From an uncultured bacterium (GTDB lineage: Bacteria; Nitrospinota; Nitrospinia; Nitrospinales; JAJDAT01), in NCBI GenBank assembly GCA_963932495.1, contig CAWVUN010000001.1, positions 1 through 26,703 of the forward strand: a stretch of DNA of 26,703 nucleotides, given 5' to 3'. This document shows, piece after piece, positions 19,311 to 26,703 of this stretch. A program made the translations under genes and the position numbers. Position 1 is the stretch's first letter. Each line of letters starts with the position of its first letter. Under the pieces are notes generated by a model. The model was not told the DNA's origin. It saw only the letters and a program-made list of their open reading frames with translations, and did not search any database.

Positions 19311-21446
19311 ATGAAAAAATACTCAAGCTCGCCCAAAAAAGCCGACTTTCGATTACAGGGAACCGATGGAATTCGTAGCGACGCCCGGTTGGCAAATCCC
19401 GAAGAAAAAAAACAACCTCTCAAGCTCTTTTTGGAGCAAAATATCATCACTCCCGAATTTATGGAATTCTATGCCTATGTTTGGGTGCAATCCATTTTAG
19501 CCAAAACACCTAAAATAGCAAACCCGTCTATTGTTTTGGGCTGGGATCCTAGAGATACAGAAGAAAAATTTGTGGAAGCCGTAATTAAAGGAATAAGAAA
19601 AGCTGGAGCAAATGCAATTTTGCTAGGTATTGTGCCAACTCCACTAGTACCAATATATCTTTTGTATTGCGAAGCTCAAGGTGGAATTATGATCACTGCT
19701 TCCCATAATCCAAGAGATCAAAACGGCATAAAGTTGTTTTCCAGTTATAGAGGTTTGAAACCTCTTCCAAAAAACGATGTTGACCTTTCACAAGCAATTT
19801 TATCATCAAAGAACCAAGATATTTCTAAATTAAAGCTACAAGGCCAAAAAATTAATCAAAGGGGCAAAGCTCTTGAGTTATTTTCTAATTTTTGCCTTGA
19901 CTCTAAGAATTCCTGGGCAGAAAGAGTTTCTTTTCGGGATATTATTTTAGTAGTCGATTGCGCAAACGGCTCTCTTTCCGGAATTGCCGCAAAAATATTT
20001 AAGGAAGCGGGCTTTGGGGAAATTTTTGAGGTAAACGCCAAACTTGACGGTAACGTAAATCAAAATAGCGGCGTGGCCGATCTCGAAGGTTATTCTTTAA
20101 TAACCCCTGCAATGATTCGAGATGAAATAGGGATCTTTTCCAAACACCCCGCCATCCTTGCTATGTTTGAATTGGGAAGAAAAAATACTAAACACACAAT
20201 GGATGGTAAAGTCAAAATAGCTGGAGCAATTTTTGACGCTGATGGAGATCGTTTTTATCGTTTAGAGTACCAACCATTAAAAGACTCCCTAATAGTCCAA
20301 AGTGGCGACGATTCTGCCTGGTTGCAAGCTCATTATTTGATGAAAAAAAAACCTAACCGTTTTAAGGGATCTCAATTCATTAATACAGTCGAAAGCGACC
20401 TGCATGCAGTTGCAGAACTCCCCGACCAAGGATTCAAAACACACATTGCTCCCGTTGGCGACAAATGGATTTTAGCACGTGCGGCTATGGCGGATTTTAA
20501 GAAGAAATTAGATCATATCGACGCAAATGGTAAAACAACATCAGAAAAATCATCGAAAAAATTAGATCAGGTAAAAGAGCAACTTGAAACAATTGAAAGC
20601 ACCGGCGTAACTGAGATTGAAAAGTTAGAAAAGCTAGAAAAAGCAATTAATGAATTGATGAACTCCCAAAAATTAGACCTGAGCGAAATAGATCGCCTCG
20701 ATACTAAGGAAACATTTGCTATCGGAGCTGAAGTTACTGGCCATGTTGTTACTAAGGGCTATATTACTGGGAAAAACAACAACCAAATCCCAATATACTG
20801 TGGTAACGGCATAAAGAGTGCTTTAAATACTTTTGTTGCTTCAAAACATATAGGACTAACATTAAGAGCTTGGTATAACCGAATGGAAAACCCATTTAAA
20901 CCTGGCTATAAACAAACTCACTATGCTTACTATGTTGACAAAAAACTATTCTTCAATAATTCCGAAATGTGGAAACAAGTAAGATCTCTAATCGAATCAA
21001 CAATTACTGAATTAGGTTGGGAGTGCAAACAGACTGATTTTCCTGAAGACCCGCATATGTTATACCTAAACTTATCAGTAATTTCGCCTACTGGAACGTT
21101 GGACCAAGCCTCTGCCTTCATTCGAAACTCAGGAACCGAAAACAAAATAGGCGTCAATATCCGTGGAGCAAAAAGACTCAAAAAACATCTTGGACTTTTA
21201 GGAGAGGCAATCACTCGCCAACTCATTTCCGGAATGAAAGATAAAGAAAATCAATATTGTAAAATGGAATGGGAAACTGTGAATAATCTTTATGGTCAAA
21301 AAACGCCTGAAGGAGATATATTGGTCGATCCAAATAAAAGGTCTCGTTTGCTTTCCGAAATGCAAAAACAACGATTTATTGAACTAACAGGTAGGGGTTA
21401 CGGTTTAACTCCAAGAGGTAAATGGTATGTAGAAAAACACGCTTAA
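19311..21446 (+). CDS. Alpha-D-phosphohexomutase family protein (phosphoglucosamine mutase-like) with internal insertion and C-terminal extension
   Basis: GTDGIR, GWDPR, GIVPTP, ITASHNP (phospho-Ser loop), DCANG, DADGDR (metal loop), VGDK, GAEVTGH (sugar loop), RNSGTENK (phosphate loop); 711 aa versus about 450 for typical members. Confidence 0.88.
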   Translation: MKKYSSSPKKADFRLQGTDGIRSDARLANPEEKKQPLKLFLEQNIITPEFMEFYAYVWVQSILAKTPKIANPSIVLGWDPRDTEEKFVEAVIKGIRKAGANAILLGIVPTPLVPIYLLYCEAQGGIMITASHNPRDQNGIKLFSSYRGLKPLPKNDVDLSQAILSSKNQDISKLKLQGQKINQRGKALELFSNFCLDSKNSWAERVSFRDIILVVDCANGSLSGIAAKIFKEAGFGEIFEVNAKLDGNVNQNSGVADLEGYSLITPAMIRDEIGIFSKHPAILAMFELGRKNTKHTMDGKVKIAGAIFDADGDRFYRLEYQPLKDSLIVQSGDDSAWLQAHYLMKKKPNRFKGSQFINTVESDLHAVAELPDQGFKTHIAPVGDKWILARAAMADFKKKLDHIDANGKTTSEKSSKKLDQVKEQLETIESTGVTEIEKLEKLEKAINELMNSQKLDLSEIDRLDTKETFAIGAEVTGHVVTKGYITGKNNNQIPIYCGNGIKSALNTFVASKHIGLTLRAWYNRMENPFKPGYKQTHYAYYVDKKLFFNNSEMWKQVRSLIESTITELGWECKQTDFPEDPHMLYLNLSVISPTGTLDQASAFIRNSGTENKIGVNIRGAKRLKKHLGLLGEAITRQLISGMKDKENQYCKMEWETVNNLYGQKTPEGDILVDPNKRSRLLSEMQKQRFIELTGRGYGLTPRGKWYVEKHA

Positions 21447-21582
21447 TAAGGAAAAATCATATAAAACATAAAATAAATTGTTTATATTAATCTAGCTTTA
21501 AAATTGCTAAAAAAATTAAGTGCTATGCCCAAAGTTAGAATTTTTTGGCTGACTTTAAACTACTTCCTTCCATTAATAGAAC

Positions 21583-22377
21583 ATGCCTGATTTATTTAAC
21601 GATTATTTCGACTATTTGGGTGAGTTTGGTCACGGAAAACTCTTCCAAACCTCAAAGTATTTGTGGGACCCGTTAAATCAATTAGCTACATACCTACCTC
21701 AGGTTCTTGCAAAATATAAGGCAAAACCTTCTTGGAAGGAACCTCAAGAAGGTTTTAAGCAAACCATTCTTAATGCTCGTGGAGGAAAATATAAAGAATC
21801 ATGTTTATTTGTCGAAGATTGGTTTGAAGCTAAGACCCCTATTTACTTTGCTTCTTTAGGAGTCTGGATCGGGCAAGGAACCATTTTAGAACCGACTGCT
21901 ATTATTAAAGGACCTACCATAATTGGAGAGTTTTGCGAAATAAGGCAAGGAGCTTACCTCCGAGGCAACGTTCTTATAGGAAAACATTGTATTATTGGAC
22001 ATGCGACAGAAATAAAAAATAGCCTCATCATGAACCATTCCGAGTCTGGACACTTTAACTATGTTGGCGATAGTATCATTGGAAGTTACGTCAATATGGG
22101 GGCTGGATCAAAACTAGCTAACTTGCAATTTCGAAGCTCGGAAGAAAAAAAAGAAAATTTCATTCGACCAATACAAATCAAACAAAATAGTAAAACGATC
22201 GAAACAAATAGAAACAAATTGGGTGGTATTCTCGGGGATAATGTGGAGTTAGGATGCAATGCCGTAATTTGCCCTGGAGGTATTTTAGGAAAAAAAAGTA
22301 TGATATATCCCAATGCATGTGTTCCTAAAGGTTTTTATCCCCCGGGAACAATTTTCGAGAAAGAATCCAAGGCGTGA
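21583..22377 (+). CDS. Left-handed beta-helix acyltransferase resembling the GlmU C-terminal (GlcN-1-P acetyltransferase) domain
   Basis: Hexapeptide repeats (IGQGTI, IGEFCE, IGKHCI); GHFNYVGDSIIGSYVNMGAG; KLGGILGDNVELGCN. No N-terminal nucleotidyltransferase motif. Confidence 0.8.
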   Translation: MPDLFNDYFDYLGEFGHGKLFQTSKYLWDPLNQLATYLPQVLAKYKAKPSWKEPQEGFKQTILNARGGKYKESCLFVEDWFEAKTPIYFASLGVWIGQGTILEPTAIIKGPTIIGEFCEIRQGAYLRGNVLIGKHCIIGHATEIKNSLIMNHSESGHFNYVGDSIIGSYVNMGAGSKLANLQFRSSEEKKENFIRPIQIKQNSKTIETNRNKLGGILGDNVELGCNAVICPGGILGKKSMIYPNACVPKGFYPPGTIFEKESKA

Positions 22378-22535
22378 CATGTTTATTCAAAGCTAATACT
22401 ATTTAGTAATCATACTAGCTATAAATAAAGAATCTAACTGTTCAACGATGTATAAAATGGTTAACCTCAAAATCTTCCCATAGCTTCTCTTAAGCTTTTA
22501 GAAAAACTCTAACAAAAAGAGCTCAAATAAAATTG

Positions 22536-23549
22536 ATGAAAAAAATATCAGCTATCGTTGTCAATTGGAACGGTAAAGATGTTTTGCTTGATTGCTTAGA
22601 ATCTTTATCTAATCAAGACTATCAAAACTTAGAAATCATCGTGAGTGACAACGGCTCTGAAGATGGTTCAATAGAGGCCATAAAGCAAGATTATCCCCAA
22701 GTTCTTCTTCTAGAAAATGGGAAAAACCTTGGATTCGGCCCCGCCGTTAATAAGGGATTAGAGATAGCGTCTGGTGATTATTTTATCTTTTTAAATAACG
22801 ACCTTTATCTCAAGGCAAACAGTTTACGAGAACTAGCAAATATGCTGGACGCTAAACACGATACAGGAGCTGCAATCCCTAAAATTCTTTATTATGAAAA
22901 ACGTAATATAATAAATTCTTTTGGAGTTCTAGTTCACTACACATCCATTTGTTGCCCCCACTTAGTCGATCAGACTGATCCAAAAAATTTAGAGTCTTTA
23001 GAAACAGCTTGTGGGGGTATTTTTATGTTTCGGCGAGAGATATATGAATCCGTAGGTTCTTTTGATCCCGACTTATTTCTCTATCACGAAGATCATGATC
23101 TATCCTGGAGAATAAGGTTGTATGGATGGAAATTGCGAACCAATCCAAAAGCAGAAATCTATCACCATTACCATTTCAATAAAGGGGTTTTTAAATATTA
23201 CTCGTCGGAGAAAAACCGACTTTATCTCTTATTAAAAAACTTAGAACTAAAAACTTTATTTCTAATTTCACCAGCTTTGCTCTTAATAGAAATCGCCCAA
23301 TTAGCACATGCAATTAGCAATGGCTGGTTTTTTTTAAAGTTAAAAAGCTATGCAGAGATTATGGATGTTCTTTATAGAATCTTGGTAAAAAGGAGAAAAC
23401 TTCAGCGAAGTAGAAAGGTGCCAGACCGAGAAATTTTTCGCCTTCATGAAGGGAAACTAAAAATCTCTGGGATTCAAAGCAACCTTTTAGATTTAATATT
23501 AAACCCTCTCCTAAATAGTTATTGGAAAATTATTCGCAAGTGGATTTAA
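22536..23549 (+). CDS. Glycosyltransferase family 2 (WbbL/GT2-like)
   Basis: AIVVNWNG, VSDNGSEDGS, NLGFGPAVN, FLNND, GSFDPDLFLYHEDHDLSWR. Confidence 0.92.
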   Translation: MKKISAIVVNWNGKDVLLDCLESLSNQDYQNLEIIVSDNGSEDGSIEAIKQDYPQVLLLENGKNLGFGPAVNKGLEIASGDYFIFLNNDLYLKANSLRELANMLDAKHDTGAAIPKILYYEKRNIINSFGVLVHYTSICCPHLVDQTDPKNLESLETACGGIFMFRREIYESVGSFDPDLFLYHEDHDLSWRIRLYGWKLRTNPKAEIYHHYHFNKGVFKYYSSEKNRLYLLLKNLELKTLFLISPALLLIEIAQLAHAISNGWFFLKLKSYAEIMDVLYRILVKRRKLQRSRKVPDREIFRLHEGKLKISGIQSNLLDLILNPLLNSYWKIIRKWI

Positions 23550-23555
23550 CTTTCA

Positions 23556-24245
23556 CTAAGGAGTATTTGTAAAAACTTTCTTATCTTTATACTTATTATA
23601 TGCTGTCGGTATTAAAGCAAATAATCCAAGCAGAACTAAAGCACTAATCACTCCCGGAGAAGCAATATCTCCAAGCGTTTCTATCGACGCTAAATTACTT
23701 CCAGCGTTCGTATAAACAAAAGTTCCCGGTAAAGTTCCAAACATAGTGCCAAAAATATAAATCCTAATAGGAACTTGGGTTAACCCAGAAACCAGATTCA
23801 CTAAGAAAAATGGGAACAAAGGAACTAGCCTTAAAAAAAGTATATAATTGACAGCGTTGTTGGAGAATCCGACATTAAATGGTTTCAAACGATCTCCAAA
23901 TCTTTGCTCAACCAAATCTCTCAAAAGAAAACGCGCCACTAAAAACGCGAGTGTAGCACCTACTGTCGCTCCGACGTTCACGGCTAAAGTGCCAACCCAA
24001 GGGCCAAAAATGGCGCCTCCCGCTAAGGTTAAGATAGTCGCTCCCGGTAATAAAAAAGCAACTGCCGCAATATAGATCGCAATAAAAATGAGTATCATAG
24101 TTAAAGAGTTGGCGTCGTAAAAAACGTTTAATTTTTCTTTATTTTCTTTTAGGCTTTCAAGCGATAAATACTGTCCTAAATCCAAATAAAAAAAAGATGC
24201 AATTCCTAGGATTGCCACAATGACTAGGAAAATTTTCTTATTCAT
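23556..24245 (-). CDS. TVP38/TMEM64 (DedA-superfamily, YdjX-like) membrane protein
   Basis: PGATILTLAGGAIFG, GATLAFLVARF, LRLVPLFPFFLVN, GTLPGTFVY. ATG at 24245 behind AGGAG. Confidence 0.92.
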   Translation of the reverse strand: MNKKIFLVIVAILGIASFFYLDLGQYLSLESLKENKEKLNVFYDANSLTMILIFIAIYIAAVAFLLPGATILTLAGGAIFGPWVGTLAVNVGATVGATLAFLVARFLLRDLVEQRFGDRLKPFNVGFSNNAVNYILFLRLVPLFPFFLVNLVSGLTQVPIRIYIFGTMFGTLPGTFVYTNAGSNLASIETLGDIASPGVISALVLLGLFALIPTAYNKYKDKKVFTNTP

Positions 24246-25154
24246 CAACGTTCTCCTCTAAAGACTTCTGAATTAGGGTGAAAGGCGTTCCAAGCAAACC
24301 AAAAACCGATGGATAATCTCGACCTTTTAAATTAACTATATTGACTGGTTTAGAGTCAGAATCGCAATGAATTTTCAAAGAAGTACCACCTAAATATTCT
24401 TAAAGGGATACGCGGTTTTAGATAGATCATAAAAAGGATATATTTTGGCAACATTACCAACCTCCACTCCTATAACTCGTTCTTTAGGGTGGTACCAATT
24501 TTTTTACGATTGACTTCAAACATTAAACCAGTGCTTGAATAATACCCTTCATAAGGATCGCTATCATAGTTCCTGCGGAACCTGTCTTAGTTGATAATAC
24601 TAAAGAGTTAGGGTATTTACGTTTCCACGCTTTCAAGTTGTTTGAATGGAAGGCAACAACTTTAAACGGGTCCCGCTTAATTTACTGGCTATAGCGGAGG
24701 ATTTAATTTTGGGAAAAAAACTTTCGGTTAGGCGATCATAAAGCAACATATCGATTTGATAAAGCAAGCCTGACACTCCAAAACTTACTGGTTTACTATT
24801 AACATTTGCATCGAAAACCATCCCAGTTCCACATAATGGGTAAAATGTTACAACAATGGAAAGAGTACCAATTTTATCATTAACAATTTCATGCCAATTC
24901 AAAATCGGGATTGGATAAGCTTTTGCTTTATTCTTCAAAAAAATGCCAAGAACTCTATCATCATCTTTAAGAAAATATTCTTCCGCCTTGGAACCATCAA
25001 CAAATCGAGGCTTATCGATAGAAGGGATTCCATCTTTAGGAGGGACAACACTATAAATCTCATCCACCGGCACTGAATGATTTGAAAAATCAAAACCCTC
25101 AAGGAAAAACCACGCCAAAGAAACTAAACAAATTTGCAACTTGAATTTCATCAA
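24245..25154 (-). pseudogene. Decayed DUF3179 family exported protein
   Basis: PPKDGIPSIDKP, AYPIPILNWHEIVND, VTFYPLCGTG (normally CPLC), FGVSGLLY. After a 1-bp loss near 24634 the C-terminus can be followed across several frameshifts (KAWKRKYP / RNYDSDPYEGY / HPKERVIGV / WFAWNAFHP) to TGA 24247-24245. Confidence 0.87.
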
Positions 25155-25242
25155 TTCCGCCTAATGAGTCAAAAGGTCAACTTTCCAAATTAGTCGGACA
25201 AAAAACCAAATCCTTACTACGTGGGGAAAATTTATCGATTAA

Positions 25243-26520
25243 CTACTCTACGTAACAACTTAAATCGCTTGAAAGTTTAACTAATCGACGATAAAAAACC
25301 GAGTCTATATCGTTTCTGACAGTTTCAGAGTCATACTGCAAAACTGCTCCGCCATTATCCATATAATCAATTTGGCCTTTGATTTTTTGACATGCCGTTT
25401 CTAATCCCCTATTTTCACTTAGGACTTTAAGTCCGATTTCCATTGTTTCCGTAAATCGGATACCAGCTTGAACTGATTCTTTCTGTTGAGGATTAATTGC
25501 AAAGTTTCTATCTTTTTTTAACTTTTCAGTTATGTCCAAAACTTTAAGGAAGTTTTCTTTTCCTTTCACATAGTCTCCATCTAAAACATCTTGTACAGCC
25601 CTCATCATTGCTAACTCTTTATTACCCGAAAACTTAGAGTCCGAACTCCGATATAAGAATTTATTCCCAAGTAAATCCATTAATTCTCTAGATCTAATTT
25701 TTCCATTATGCGCCGAAAGAGGGTGACTGTCTAAAAGCCCCTCATTTGCTGGGTTTATTTGCTCCGAAATATAAAACCAGATTAATGTTTTTATCGCCAA
25801 AGGAGCAGAAATATCGTCTAAACGCACAGATTTTTCCAAATGCTCAATACCAATTTGCCGCATATCGCGTCCTCCTTGCATAATGAAATTTCCGATACCT
25901 CCCACCCGGCTATTTCCATATCTGTAAATACCTAAACCCAAATAAGCTTCTTTTCTTTCCGGATCCAAGTTTAAAGCTTCTTCTAAATGCCCGTCAGCTT
26001 GAAGTCCATTTAACAAGGCCTGCCAAAGATTACCCGCTCCATATTCAAAAATACCAAGATAACCTTCGGCCGCCCCAAGATATAAGTAACCTTCAGCTTT
26101 TTGACTATCCGTTATATTAGGAGAATCTAATAGTTTTTTAGCAGTGTCTTTAGAAAGTTTGATAAACCGATAACAATCTTCAGCTAATGAGTCTATTTTA
26201 TATTTACTAGTAAAAGCTAAAGCATGCGTCCATTCGACATTAACCCCCGCCATGAAAAAATAATACTTCATTAATTCCAACTGTTTATGAGTAGAATCTG
26301 GTTGAGCTTCTAATTGTCTAATGCGTTTTTCAAAAAACTCTATCCATTCTTGAAATCGATAAAACAAAGTCGCCGATAGAGCTTCTCTAGCAGCATCTTC
26401 CGCCTTTAATATCTTTTCCGGTTGAATATATGTTTCCCCCGCCTTACCAATAGGGCGAAAAGAACAAATACAAAGAAAAAAAACAACTCCACCAAAACTG
26501 CATAAAATGCGTTTTGTCAT
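25243..26520 (-). CDS. Exported all-helical / TPR-like hypothetical protein
   Basis: N-terminal hydrophobic signal-like segment; TPR-like pair AEGYLYLGAAEGY ... LEEALNLDPERKEAYLGLG; intact 425-aa ORF. Confidence 0.6.
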   Translation of the reverse strand: MTKRILCSFGGVVFFLCICSFRPIGKAGETYIQPEKILKAEDAAREALSATLFYRFQEWIEFFEKRIRQLEAQPDSTHKQLELMKYYFFMAGVNVEWTHALAFTSKYKIDSLAEDCYRFIKLSKDTAKKLLDSPNITDSQKAEGYLYLGAAEGYLGIFEYGAGNLWQALLNGLQADGHLEEALNLDPERKEAYLGLGIYRYGNSRVGGIGNFIMQGGRDMRQIGIEHLEKSVRLDDISAPLAIKTLIWFYISEQINPANEGLLDSHPLSAHNGKIRSRELMDLLGNKFLYRSSDSKFSGNKELAMMRAVQDVLDGDYVKGKENFLKVLDITEKLKKDRNFAINPQQKESVQAGIRFTETMEIGLKVLSENRGLETACQKIKGQIDYMDNGGAVLQYDSETVRNDIDSVFYRRLVKLSSDLSCYVE

Positions 26521-26703
26521 ATTTAATCAACTCAATTTAATTAATAATTTTAAAATTCGAAAAGTTTAGCCAACTCATCGATAAAAAATAATCAGTTAGC
26601 TCTATTATATATTAAGAAAATAGAAAAGACGTTCTTTAGCTGTTATAGCTTTGAAAAAAAAATCGACGATTTCTAATTAATTTTTTTCACAATTTATTAT
26701 CAA

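Noticed and set aside
24633-24842. Selenocysteine recoding in DUF3179
   Set aside because: The TGA at 24633-24635 comes from a 1-bp loss in a Trp codon, and the downstream homology is in another frame. The CxxC-position codon is TAC, one step from TGC rather than TGA.
7321-25154. Long-read homopolymer errors as the sole cause of the broken genes
   Set aside because: The lesions cluster in four genes and include substitution stops and large deletions, while long A/T-run-rich genes nearby are intact. Read-level confirmation is still needed.

Overview
AT-rich bacterial chromosomal segment from a diderm (LPS-making) organism. It holds housekeeping and envelope genes: partial pdxA, a spermidine-synthase-like SAM-fold protein, a GT-C membrane glycosyltransferase, cstA, purA, a COG0523 GTPase, an LPS-core-type cluster (two GT9, four GT4), a type IVa pilin, an unusually long phosphohexomutase (GlmM-like), a stand-alone GlmU-type acetyltransferase domain, a GT2, a TVP38/TMEM64 protein and a TPR-like exported orphan. 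Four heavily decayed genes lie among intact genes and are only partly visible, or invisible, in the ORF track: a TMTC-like TM+TPR gene, a TIGR01777-SRPBCC gene with a large internal deletion, a TonB-dependent receptor remnant and a DUF3179 gene. Together they cover about 3.8 kb (~14% of the window). The most interesting elements are: (i) a monocistronic, aromatic-rich pilin that closely resembles Geobacter PilA-N, with a sigma54-type promoter, an upstream palindrome and a strong terminator; (ii) a 711-aa phosphohexomutase with a ~70-aa helical insertion and a C-terminal winged-helix-like tail, next to a split GlmU half; (iii) signs of ongoing genome erosion. I saw no rRNA, tRNA, CRISPR array or transposase. 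Family calls come from motif recognition by eye; no database search was run.
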